64,000 bases of DNA from an uncultured Candidatus Peribacteria bacterium (GCA_964427895.1 CAYRUZ010000004.1:16648-80647); one strand, 5' to 3'. Shown: positions 54,161 through 63,382, numbered from the stretch's first letter. A program made the numbers and translations. The notes: generated from the letters alone by a model not told the origin.

Positions 54161-57100
54161 ATGGCAGAAGTACAAGAAGAACAACTCAGTCCGGAAGAAG
54201 TGAAAGAGTCCACGGAAACGTGGCGTGACTTTCGGCAGGAGCAGCAGCATCTGCAGCGCTCGCTGGGTACGCGGCAGCAATTCCCGGAAGAACCGACGGA
54301 AGTGTCCCTGCTGCGGTCCATTCAGGATCTGCGCGGCCGCCAGGTGGTGACGGGCTTTCATGAACTTACAAACGCCAACCGCGTCCACTGGACCCGCCGC
54401 GGACTGCAGTTCGCCGGGGATTTGGCGAAGCCCGAGCGCAGCAAGACCTTCCACCCGGAAGAATTCATCCTGTCCCAGCAGCTCGCGACCTACAACGTCT
54501 CGCTCACGGAGATCACCCAATACATCTCCACGATCGGAGAACACCACGAACACCTACAGGACCTCATTGCGGCATTGCCGATCGAGGACCAGCGGACGGT
54601 CGCGAAGAAGCGCAAGCAATCGGTTGTCTACATGCGCGCCCTGACGGGAGCCATCAACGAGCGCGTGGCGTTCGCCAACGTCTGGCGCCTGGACCAGACC
54701 ATCGCAGAACTCAACGAAAACCTGAAAACCAATCCCAACGACGAACCGACCAAGAAGCGCCGCGACGAATTCGTGGCAGCACGCAAACAGCAATTCGACC
54801 GCCTCTCGCCCATGAATCAGCGCGTGCTGACCGTGGGGGTGCAGGACGGCATCAAGGACCAGGCCAACGCGCTCGAAGCGCGCATCATCAAGATCTGCGC
54901 GGGCAAGGAGAAGATCGAAGGCGTCGATGACGGCTTTTTGCCGCAGACGCTGTTCATCGACATCCTGCAGATGCGCTACACACAGCTCATCAAGGCGCAG
55001 TCCGATTTCGTACGCGACGGCGGGCTCCGCCGGGAGGGAGGCCGCGTGGCATTCGACGCCATCGACGCAGAACGCAAGGGAATGATGGGCGAGATCGTCG
55101 CCCTCACGCACGAGCTGGCGGGCTACCACCAGCGCATGGCGGAAATCACGACCGCGCAGGGGCTTCTCGGCAAATTCAATACCGACCTCACCCCGGAAAG
55201 CGGCGAATTGTCGCTGAGGCCGAAAGAGCGCGTCGAATTGGCGGGCAAGATGGGGTCGATCAAGCGGTTCCACCTCGACCGTCTGGATGCGGCCGTGAAG
55301 ACGTCGGTCGATGAATTCACTCCAGGCAATTTTGAGAAGATCCGCGACGGCATCGTGCGCGGCACCATCACGGCGACGCAACTCTCCATGAGTTTCGCCA
55401 AGCTCATCGGCGCCATCACTCCGGGGGCACTGGGACTCGACAAGAAGGTGGAGGAATTCCTCGTCGGACCGATGGCGGACGCACTGGGATGGCCGCGCGA
55501 CAACGACGGCAAATTCAAGGCAACGCTCAGCGAGGATGAGAAAAAAGTGATTCTCGACAAGCTCGGGCAGCTCACCAAGGTGCTGCAAACCTTCCAGGAT
55601 TCCAAAAAGCAGCAGCCAGTATTGGAGACGACGGCCGCCCTGCGTGCGCTCGATACGACCAAGGCGGTAAGCGATACCCGTATCGGCCAGGTGCAGGAAC
55701 CGGTGCCGACCGTCCGCGTGACTGCGGCCAACCTGGAAGCCACCCTGGCGGAACTGGAGAAGAAGTACGGCAACCGCGAAGACGCGGTCGCAACCGTCCA
55801 CGCCATCCTCATCACGCAGTTGAACGCCGACTGGGGCGACCCGGACAAGGGCACGGGCTTCATTGGCGCCTACGCGACCATGCTGAAGGAGACCGAACGC
55901 ATCGTCAGCGTCCAGCTGGACGTGGCGGGAGCGTGCTTCCAGATGTCGCAGAACTTCTTCGATATCGCCAAATTCCTGGTGGTATCTGCCGGTGCAGTGG
56001 CGATCGCCCCGTACGTGATGGCATCGCTCAGCACGGCGGGCGTGCTGGTGAAGTACGGCATCATCAAGCCGGGCAAGTTCATCTACAACCGCCTGCGCCC
56101 CTCTCCGCTCACGCCGGGCAAGGTGGTGCCGCGCGCCACGCGCTTCCAGCGCTTCGGCTACGTGGCGGCCAACGGCTTCCTCGCCTATGAACTCTACGAG
56201 AATTACCGAGAGATCGGACGCGAGCACGAGCGTCTCAACAAAGTGAAGGGTGATGCTGAAGCCGCCCTCATCAAGGCCGGATTCAAGAAGGATAACGACA
56301 CATACAAGCACGCCTGCGGCGCAAAGGTGTCCATCAAGGAATTTAACGAGAGTCTCGATAGCCAGCGCAACGCGCAGTACTTCCGCACTGGCGTCATCGC
56401 TACCGAACTCGGCACCGCCCTTTTGATGGGGCCACGTCTGCTCATCGGCCGCGGCGGACTTGTCCTGACTGCCATCGCCCTGGTGATCGAAGGGGGCATT
56501 GCTTCGTGGGAATCGAAAGAGGCACGCGACTTCCTCGCGAACCCCAACACACCACCCTGGCTCATTACCATGCTTGGCACAAGCCGCCTGGTAAAGCAGC
56601 CGGAATACAAAGTTCTGGTAAATACCTCAAGCTGGAACGTGATCCCCTCGTCGGAACAGGACAAGAAGACAGTGCGCAAGAAGATGTACTTCGCGATGTT
56701 CATGCAGGAGATTGGCTCGCTCAATCCCGACATGCTGCGCGAAATCACCGCTGGGCACCACAACATTACGGAACTCGACAATTTCTTCGGCGGCGACTTC
56801 GAGAAGTTCGTCCTACCGTCGATCTTCCTGTTCATGTACGCAGACGCCAAAGCCAAGGGACGAGATGTCAGCCAGCTGGCGGTAATGGAAGGCAAAATCG
56901 ACAGCGGATGGGTGGTCATTCCCCCCAACATCACGGAAATGGAGATCCAGGGCGCCATCCGCAAGGCGGCGACGCTGTACCAACAGCACATCCGTGAACA
57001 GCGCAACCTGCTGTTCCGCAAGCGCCTCGCGGATGCAACGGCGGAACTGGAGAAGAAACCCGATGACGCCAAATTGCAGACGGAGGTGGCAGACCTGCGG

Positions 57101-59434
57101 CGCGCCGTGGAGCTCATGAACAACGACAAGGTTCTGGGGGCACCGCTTTCGGGGCTGACCGACGAGCAAGTGAAGACCAATGAAGGAAAAACGCGCGCGG
57201 AGAAGCTCCTTGCCTACCTCCTGAAACGCACGGGCGAGGGCAAGCCGGACATGCGCGTGGAAGCGTCGGGCATCCAGGGTCTGCCGAAGGATTCCTTCTC
57301 CCTGGCGGGAGACGAGCTGTACGCCTTGTGCGTGGAAGACCCATCCCTGCGGACGCGATTCGCGCGCCTGACCCCGCAAACAACCGACCAGCCCGAGGGC
57401 GAGCTCACGCCGGATTGGTACCGCCGCTTCATGGCACCCATCATCGCACCGGGGGCTCCTGATGACCTCGTGCCGTTCGGACGGCCGGTGAAAGCATTTG
57501 AGCGCAATATCCGCCGCGGTGCCGTGCGGGACATCCAGGGATCCATCGACGAGAAGGAACGCGGCAACGTGCCAGACAACGTCACGACCGAAAAAGCGAA
57601 GGAGGCTCAGACAGAGGAATTGGCGAAGGCGATTGCGAAGCAGCGCGGCGAAAATCCGACGTACACCAGCAAGTGGGACAATATCGGACGCATAGGCTAC
57701 GACGGCCCCCTGCTTGAACGCCAAGAGCACACCGGCAAGGGAGTGAACGGAGCATATGGCCTAAACGTTGCGCAGTACGGCAAGGAATTTGAGCGCACCA
57801 AGCAATTAGCCGTTTTCACAGAAGTAATGAACACGAAGGCAGGAAACCAAGCGGCACTGCTCACCTACGTCTTCGGCGATGCGACGGACATCAACAAGAT
57901 GTACATCGTGCAAGTCTCATGGGTGGACTACGACTTCGTGAATGACGAGGCGGACTTTTACGGACTCTCGGCCAGCACCCTGCGCAAACAGTACAACGAC
58001 AAAAAGATGCGCACCTCGATGCCACTGATCGGCCGTGGGTACTTCTCCGGAGGCAGCGAATTCGCACAGAAGCAGACGGGCGGACGCACCATGTTGGAAC
58101 TCGTGAAAAAGATGGCCGCGGAACGAAAGAAGGAGGAAGACGAATACATCGCGCGCCGAGCAAAAGAACGGATGCAGAGAGAGAAAGAAGACGAGGAAAA
58201 ACGTCGTCTCGATAATCTCCCACCTGCTCTCCGTTCGAAGGAACGCGACGGCGTCTTGTTGCGTGCCGGCGAGACGGCAGACACATACTCCTTGCTGCCA
58301 GGAGCGGACAAGAACGCCGCTTCGAGTTACGTAGCGTTCGTACAGCTGCCGGGGGGACGCACCGTTATTGCGCAGCGTCCTGTCCCCTACCGGCCCTACG
58401 ACGGAGCATCCATGAGTGCCTTACCGGAGAACGGGATGCACGATCCAAGTGGCTACATGGAATGGACTGTCACGCGCGGCAACGACAAGCCGACGAAAGT
58501 GATTCTCAGCAAGGAAAATAGCCTCACTGACGGCAAGGATCCGGATGCCGCTCGATTGCGCTACGCGATGTTGACGATGCCTTTCCCGCCCGAGGCTGCG
58601 GATTATCAGCATGAGGAAACGTTTAACAACGTTCTCAGCATGTTCCGCTGGGAATACAAGCGGAATTCACCCTCCCCTCGCGCATACATCTACCGCGACC
58701 TCTTCCCTCTCTACCAAGCGTGTAAGAACAAGCAGCGCTTCCTGCAGGAACTGGTGGCAATTCTCCAGCGCTACAACGGGATGACGTTCGAGTCTTACCC
58801 CAAGATCATCGAACACATGAAGAAGTGCGATCGCGAAAATCAGTTCGCGACAAAGATGCTCGTCGACCCAGTGGAAAAGCGCAGCATTGCACTGCCAGGC
58901 GGCTACATCCTCACATCCACTCCCGCCCGCGTGAAGCCGCCAATGGACGGCACTGTGACCCTGTCTCTCACCGGCCCGAAACAGGGCTCGATTACCGTTG
59001 AAGGATGCCGTGTCCAGGCGGGAGATAAACCACTCATTCAGATCGAAGATTTGGGCCCGAACGCGACCGTGACGATCAAGGACGGCGACGGCAAAGTCAT
59101 TGCGGACAAGATCTCGCTGCTCTACCTCGGCACCCGCAGTGACGAACCCATCTATATCAATCCCGCATGCCCCCCGTCGGTCATCTTCCCCCGACCAGGC
59201 GCGGACAAGAAGTACTACATGCGCCTGGGTGGCGGAGGCATGCGCTGGGCCTCGGCCAAACCCGACGGCACGTACGCCGATGTGGACAACAAGTCGTACG
59301 GTACGACGGAAGGCGGCGTGTGCTCCTGTGTCGCGGCCGGCGGCGGCGAATACACGCTCGGCTTCTGGCAAATGGACCAGGACCCCACTAAAACGAAAGC
59401 CGCCTTCACCGTGTTGGTCCGGGAAATGAAGTGA
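54161..59434 (+). CDS. giant orphan membrane protein (1757 aa)
   Basis: Uninterrupted ORF with native codon bias. Hydrophobic segments near aa 600-640 and 740-785 (nt ~55960-56520). Coiled-coil/charged stretches. No domain recognised. Confidence 0.8.
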   Translation: MAEVQEEQLSPEEVKESTETWRDFRQEQQHLQRSLGTRQQFPEEPTEVSLLRSIQDLRGRQVVTGFHELTNANRVHWTRRGLQFAGDLAKPERSKTFHPEEFILSQQLATYNVSLTEITQYISTIGEHHEHLQDLIAALPIEDQRTVAKKRKQSVVYMRALTGAINERVAFANVWRLDQTIAELNENLKTNPNDEPTKKRRDEFVAARKQQFDRLSPMNQRVLTVGVQDGIKDQANALEARIIKICAGKEKIEGVDDGFLPQTLFIDILQMRYTQLIKAQSDFVRDGGLRREGGRVAFDAIDAERKGMMGEIVALTHELAGYHQRMAEITTAQGLLGKFNTDLTPESGELSLRPKERVELAGKMGSIKRFHLDRLDAAVKTSVDEFTPGNFEKIRDGIVRGTITATQLSMSFAKLIGAITPGALGLDKKVEEFLVGPMADALGWPRDNDGKFKATLSEDEKKVILDKLGQLTKVLQTFQDSKKQQPVLETTAALRALDTTKAVSDTRIGQVQEPVPTVRVTAANLEATLAELEKKYGNREDAVATVHAILITQLNADWGDPDKGTGFIGAYATMLKETERIVSVQLDVAGACFQMSQNFFDIAKFLVVSAGAVAIAPYVMASLSTAGVLVKYGIIKPGKFIYNRLRPSPLTPGKVVPRATRFQRFGYVAANGFLAYELYENYREIGREHERLNKVKGDAEAALIKAGFKKDNDTYKHACGAKVSIKEFNESLDSQRNAQYFRTGVIATELGTALLMGPRLLIGRGGLVLTAIALVIEGGIASWESKEARDFLANPNTPPWLITMLGTSRLVKQPEYKVLVNTSSWNVIPSSEQDKKTVRKKMYFAMFMQEIGSLNPDMLREITAGHHNITELDNFFGGDFEKFVLPSIFLFMYADAKAKGRDVSQLAVMEGKIDSGWVVIPPNITEMEIQGAIRKAATLYQQHIREQRNLLFRKRLADATAELEKKPDDAKLQTEVADLRRAVELMNNDKVLGAPLSGLTDEQVKTNEGKTRAEKLLAYLLKRTGEGKPDMRVEASGIQGLPKDSFSLAGDELYALCVEDPSLRTRFARLTPQTTDQPEGELTPDWYRRFMAPIIAPGAPDDLVPFGRPVKAFERNIRRGAVRDIQGSIDEKERGNVPDNVTTEKAKEAQTEELAKAIAKQRGENPTYTSKWDNIGRIGYDGPLLERQEHTGKGVNGAYGLNVAQYGKEFERTKQLAVFTEVMNTKAGNQAALLTYVFGDATDINKMYIVQVSWVDYDFVNDEADFYGLSASTLRKQYNDKKMRTSMPLIGRGYFSGGSEFAQKQTGGRTMLELVKKMAAERKKEEDEYIARRAKERMQREKEDEEKRRLDNLPPALRSKERDGVLLRAGETADTYSLLPGADKNAASSYVAFVQLPGGRTVIAQRPVPYRPYDGASMSALPENGMHDPSGYMEWTVTRGNDKPTKVILSKENSLTDGKDPDAARLRYAMLTMPFPPEAADYQHEETFNNVLSMFRWEYKRNSPSPRAYIYRDLFPLYQACKNKQRFLQELVAILQRYNGMTFESYPKIIEHMKKCDRENQFATKMLVDPVEKRSIALPGGYILTSTPARVKPPMDGTVTLSLTGPKQGSITVEGCRVQAGDKPLIQIEDLGPNATVTIKDGDGKVIADKISLLYLGTRSDEPIYINPACPPSVIFPRPGADKKYYMRLGGGGMRWASAKPDGTYADVDNKSYGTTEGGVCSCVAAGGGEYTLGFWQMDQDPTKTKAAFTVLVREMK

Positions 59435-59628
59435 GTGTCCGCCCAATCGTTGCATGATGTATTTGACAAATAATTACTATATTTTAAATTAAAATCGCAA
59501 TCAGACGGATTGCACTGATCCTTCGTCAGATGAATCGCCCTCCGGATTCTGCCCTCTTTTTCCCGAGAGTAGGATCCGGAGACTCTCGCCTCGCCGAGTG
59601 GGCGGGGGAGAGACTCCGATCACGGAGT

Positions 59629-59829
59629 ATGGCGATGGCGACGTACAGCGGCACGTGCCCGAACTGCGGGCCTCACGAGATCTGCGGACATTGCATGTCG
59701 TACAGGCGGCAGATCCCGGAAAAGCAACAGAACGTGGCCAAGGCCGAGCAGCCCAGCTGCCCCACCTGCGGCACCGACAACAAGGTCTGCAACCACTGCG
59801 AGACCTACCGCATGGTGAAACTGTCGTAG
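59629..59829 (+). CDS. small double zinc-knuckle protein (66 aa)
   Basis: CPNCGPHEICGHC and CPTCGTDNKVCNHC. G/C third-position bias starts at ATG 59629, not at track start 59530. Confidence 0.65.
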   Translation: MAMATYSGTCPNCGPHEICGHCMSYRRQIPEKQQNVAKAEQPSCPTCGTDNKVCNHCETYRMVKLS

Positions 59830-59949
59830 TCTTCTGATGAACATCCCCGCCACCAGCAATACAGCTGGCGGCGGGGCACCCCTTGCGCTGGGCGCCCTTT
59901 CTCTGTAGACCGTCACGGGTTCTGCCGAACCTTTTTCCACCGTCTTTGC

Positions 59950-61581
59950 ATGAAGAAAACTTTCATCGATCAGGTTTCCAAAAACTGGAAATCGGGTCTT
60001 ACGGTCGCCGTTTTGTCGGTTCCCCTCTCGCTCTCCCTGGCGATCGCATCGGGCACCACCCCCATCGTGGGAATCATCACCGCGGTGTGGGCGGGATTGG
60101 TGGCATCCATCTTCGGTGGAAGCAATTACAACATCGTCGGCCCGGCCGCCGCGCTGTCGGGCATCCTCAGCGCCTTCGTGCTCACGCACGGACCGGACGT
60201 GCTGCCGATCATCGCCCTGTTCGCAGGCGCGCTGATTTTCCTCTTCTACCTCCTTCGCTGGGACCGGTACCTCATCTTCATCCCGTCCAGCGTCATGCAC
60301 GGGTTCACCCTGGGCGTCGGTCTGACCATCGGACTCGGACAAATCAACTTCGCCTTCGGGCTGCAGAAATTGCCGGTGCATGAATCATTCCTGGCCAACC
60401 TCTACGAATCGCTCCTGCACCTTCCGCAGGCCCACCTGCCGACGTTCGCGCTCTTCGCGGCGTTCGTCTGCATCCTTTTCTCGCTCGCACGATGGCTGCC
60501 GCGCATCCCGGGTGCCGTGGTCGTTGCGGTCACCGGCATCGCCGTGGGGTACGCATCCGAGCACCAGCTGCTCCCCTTCACGGTGCAAACCCTGTTCTCC
60601 AAATACGGGACCCTGCATGCCACCCTGGTGCAATTCCCCTCTTTCTCGCTCGCGTCGCTGGATCTGTCGGTCGCGAAGGTATCCGTGACGGTGGCTGTGG
60701 TCGCGGTGCTGGAGACGCTGTTGTCCGCGAAGATCGCCGACGGCATCACCAAGACCCGCTTCAATCAGAAGAAAGAAGTATTCGGTCTGGCATTGGCGAA
60801 TATCGCCTCGGGACTGTGCGGAGGACTGCCGGCCACAGGCGTGCTGGCGCGCACGTCACTCAATGCCAAGAGCGGAGCCTCTTCGAGTATGTCCGCGGGC
60901 CTGAACGCGATCTTCGTGATGATCATCACCCTCCTGCTGTTCAGCGGCTTCCAGTACCTTCCGTTGGCGGCGGTGGCGAGCATCCTCGTCTTCGCGGCCG
61001 TCCGCATGATCGAGCTGCACCATTTCCGCAAACTGTTCGTTTTCGACCAAAGCGCGTTCTGGCTCGCCCTGCTCGTGGCGGCACTGACCTTCGGCGTGGA
61101 CCCCATGATCGGCATCCTCGTCGGCGCCACCATCGCGCTGCTCGGGTTCGCCCAGCATCTCTCCAAGGGGCAGAGCGAACTGACGCTGCACAAGGACAAG
61201 AAGCTGCTGGCACGCATCCCCTTCCATCGCCTGCACGAATACGAAGACAGCGGGGACGTGGTGGTCTACCGCTTCGCGGGAGAACTCACCTATCTCAACG
61301 GCAAATACCACGAGGATGCCATCGCGCGTATCGGCGCGCAGACGGTGATCCTCAGCCTGCGCAACGTGTTCTACGTCGACCTGGACGGGGCGGAAACGCT
61401 GCATGAGATTCTGCAGCAGCAGAAGACGCGTGGACGCGTGGTCTACGTCACGGGCGTCAGCGAGTACGTCCTCCCCATGCTCGAGACGGCCGGCTGGTTC
61501 GTGCAGATGGAAAAGGACGGGCGCATTTTCCGCAGTACGACGGACGCGCTCAAATCACTGGGATTCCCGCTGGGGAACTAA
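59950..61581 (+). CDS. SulP-family anion transporter with STAS domain
   Basis: Multi-TM SulP core plus C-terminal STAS (VVVYRFAGELTYLNG...LDGAETLHEIL). Confidence 0.9.
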   Translation: MKKTFIDQVSKNWKSGLTVAVLSVPLSLSLAIASGTTPIVGIITAVWAGLVASIFGGSNYNIVGPAAALSGILSAFVLTHGPDVLPIIALFAGALIFLFYLLRWDRYLIFIPSSVMHGFTLGVGLTIGLGQINFAFGLQKLPVHESFLANLYESLLHLPQAHLPTFALFAAFVCILFSLARWLPRIPGAVVVAVTGIAVGYASEHQLLPFTVQTLFSKYGTLHATLVQFPSFSLASLDLSVAKVSVTVAVVAVLETLLSAKIADGITKTRFNQKKEVFGLALANIASGLCGGLPATGVLARTSLNAKSGASSSMSAGLNAIFVMIITLLLFSGFQYLPLAAVASILVFAAVRMIELHHFRKLFVFDQSAFWLALLVAALTFGVDPMIGILVGATIALLGFAQHLSKGQSELTLHKDKKLLARIPFHRLHEYEDSGDVVVYRFAGELTYLNGKYHEDAIARIGAQTVILSLRNVFYVDLDGAETLHEILQQQKTRGRVVYVTGVSEYVLPMLETAGWFVQMEKDGRIFRSTTDALKSLGFPLGN

Positions 61582-61612
61582 GACCGACGCGAACACGGTG
61601 ATGGAATGATGT

Positions 61613-61687
61613 TGGCAGCCCCACCGGGAATCGAACCCGGATTACAGGAATGAAAATCCTGTGTCCTAGCCGTTAGACGATAGGGCC
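61613..61687 (-). tRNA. tRNA-Glu (anticodon UUC), CCA encoded
   Basis: Hand-folded cloverleaf: acceptor GGCCCUA/UGGGGCU, D arm GUCU..GGAC, anticodon stem CAGGA/UCCUG with loop UUUUCAU, T arm CCGGG-UUCGAUU-CCCGG, GCCA end. Confidence 0.9.
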
Positions 61688-61738
61688 GTGATGTGAAGGA
61701 ATTCCGGCCCGCGGAGTATAGCGTAGTGCCCAGGTATG

Positions 61739-61760
61739 AAAAAAGCGGCACTTGCCGCTT
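61739..61760 (-). terminator. intrinsic terminator (palindromic, T-run on minus strand)
   Basis: AAGCGGCA/TGCCGCTT hairpin followed by TTTTTT on the minus strand. Confidence 0.65.
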
Positions 61761-61796
61761 TGTTTCATCGAAGGGATGTCCTTCGCAACCTGGGCA

Positions 61797-61832
61797 TTAG
61801 CAGCCGCAGGTGCAGTCACCATCGCGCATCAT
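61797..61832 (-). other. 11-codon ORF (MMRDGDCTCGC) inside a ~125-nt promoter-to-terminator unit; sRNA or micropeptide candidate
   Basis: TAGACA-N16-TATACT(61869-61864) promoter, C/T-rich leader, ATGATG, CGAAGG/CCTTCG hairpin, then the 61739-61760 terminator. Confidence 0.2.
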
Positions 61833-61924
61833 AGGTGAGTGGGGAAAAGGACTAAGAACACGAGTATAGCGGCTCCCAGGCGTTTGTCTAGCACTTTCTC
61901 AAGAAGAGTGCTAATCCCCCTGTT

Positions 61925-62851
61925 TCAGCGGCGGAGGGTGCCGACGATGTCATAAATGTCGTCCACCCCGTTCTCGGCACACCATGATTCCATCTCCAGT
62001 TTGATGCGCCTGATGGAATCGAACCCCGATTCGATGATGGCACTCGCCAACCCGACGATGCTGGCTCCGGCGATCATCATCTCTATCGCGTCTTCCCCCG
62101 TGAAGATGCCGCCAACCCCGATGATGGGGACGGCTCCCTTTGTCGCTTCGAAAATGTCTGCGACGCACCGCACGGCCAACGGCTTGAGGCCGCGGCCCGA
62201 AATGCCGCCCTTTTTTGCCGAAAGGACCGGGACGCGCGTCTGCAGATTAATGGCCAATCCCGTGCCGAGCGTGTTGATCGCGGTGATGCCGTCGACGCCC
62301 GCTTCGACGCAGCGTGCCGCGAAGCCGCCGATGTCGTGCATGTTGGGGGAAAGCTTGGCGAAAATCGGGATTCCCCCTGCCGCCTCTTTCACCGCCGGGA
62401 TGATGGACACGGCCTCGTCGGCATCGAAGAACGCCCCCTTCAATTTCAGAAACGTCGGCGACGAGAGGTTCACTTCGAACGCGGAAGGCTTAAGCGGAGC
62501 GATCCGCGCGGCGTTGCCGGCATACTCTTCACGGGTCAGTCCGAGGATGCTCACGATGAGTGGCACCTCTGGATTGGGCAACAACTGCTGTAATTCGCCC
62601 TGCGAATGCGCAGGGCCGAGATCGGGCAAACCGACGGCATTGAGCGTCCAATGGCGCGTCTGCAAAACAGTCGGCTCAGGATTCCCCCGGTGCTCGTGCC
62701 CCCAGAACGACTTGGTGGTCACCGCCGCGGCCCCCGCCTTCATCGCCTGTTTGCACTGCTCCGCCGTCCAGACCCATTTCCCCGACGCGACAACGATCGG
62801 ATGCGCGAAGGGCAATCCGACGAAGTTCTGATTCAGGCGCATCCCGCACAT
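61925..62851 (-). CDS. pyrD: dihydroorotate dehydrogenase-like flavoprotein (class-1-type fold)
   Basis: TIM-barrel DHOD pattern: IVVASG, NLSSP active-site loop, GGISG, IIGVGGI. Start at 62851 or 62842. Confidence 0.7.
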   Translation of the reverse strand: MCGMRLNQNFVGLPFAHPIVVASGKWVWTAEQCKQAMKAGAAAVTTKSFWGHEHRGNPEPTVLQTRHWTLNAVGLPDLGPAHSQGELQQLLPNPEVPLIVSILGLTREEYAGNAARIAPLKPSAFEVNLSSPTFLKLKGAFFDADEAVSIIPAVKEAAGGIPIFAKLSPNMHDIGGFAARCVEAGVDGITAINTLGTGLAINLQTRVPVLSAKKGGISGRGLKPLAVRCVADIFEATKGAVPIIGVGGIFTGEDAIEMMIAGASIVGLASAIIESGFDSIRRIKLEMESWCAENGVDDIYDIVGTLRR

Positions 62852-62956
62852 CCTAGCGTGCGAATCCCCCCGTGCGAAGGCTCGATGTCACACGGACTGG
62901 GAGAATTGTCACTATTAATAAATTATGATATTATAGTAATTGTAACACCAACCCAC

Positions 62957-63148
62957 ATGCGAACCCCCGAACGTCTGCCCGAAGCGGCAAAAGACACACT
63001 TCCTCCCGCCAACGACAGAGTGGTGGAGCAGCGCCAATCCGACATCCGCGATGTCTTGGAAAAGCTGAAACTCGATACGGAAGCGACGACGACCCCCGCG
63101 CCGGAGGTGTCGCCAGCCGACACGCAGCCTGAAGCGCGCGAGGAATAA
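62957..63148 (+). CDS. small acidic hypothetical protein (63 aa)
   Basis: ATG 62957 just after the AT-rich divergent promoter region. Moderate G/C third-position bias. Confidence 0.4.
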   Translation: MRTPERLPEAAKDTLPPANDRVVEQRQSDIRDVLEKLKLDTEATTTPAPEVSPADTQPEAREE

Positions 63149-63163
63149 TCGGCATACAAAGAT

Positions 63164-63201
63164 GCCGGCAGCATGCGTCACGAAGGACGCACACTGCCGG
63201 C
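63164..63201. terminator. long hairpin between convergent small genes
   Basis: GCCGGCAG...CTGCCGGC outer stem with inner TGCGTC/GACGCA stem. T-rich flank on the minus strand. Confidence 0.55.
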
Positions 63202-63256
63202 GGGTTGTTGCGGTGCCCCGGTTAGGGGCTAGTCATTCAGCTGGACCGCTTGATCG

Positions 63257-63382
63257 TCACGCGCTCGAGGTGTTCGGGGCGCAGCGGTTCGGCGGGTCGT
63301 TCGCGGGGTTCGTCTTCACGGCGCTGTTGTTGAAGCAGTTGGCGGCGTTGTTGCCGCCCGAGTCGAAGCGCAGCTTTTTCAT
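63257..63382 (-). CDS. 41-aa Asn-rich, two-Cys peptide
   Basis: Not in the track. MKKLRFDSGGNNAANCFNNSAVKTNPANDPPNRCAPNTSSA. 40 of 41 codons end in G/C (native bias). Followed by the 63164-63201 hairpin. Confidence 0.5.
   Translation of the reverse strand: MKKLRFDSGGNNAANCFNNSAVKTNPANDPPNRCAPNTSSA

Noticed and set aside
59530-59628. Upstream 33 codons of the 99-aa track ORF for the zinc-knuckle protein
   Set aside because: The third-position G/C bias is weak here and jumps only after ATG 59629. The segment forms two strong hairpins and is more plausibly a 5' UTR.
61613-61687. tRNA-Glu as a possible integration site of a genomic island
   Set aside because: No integrase, no direct repeat of the tRNA 3' end, and the flanking genes (SulP, pyrD-like) have native composition.
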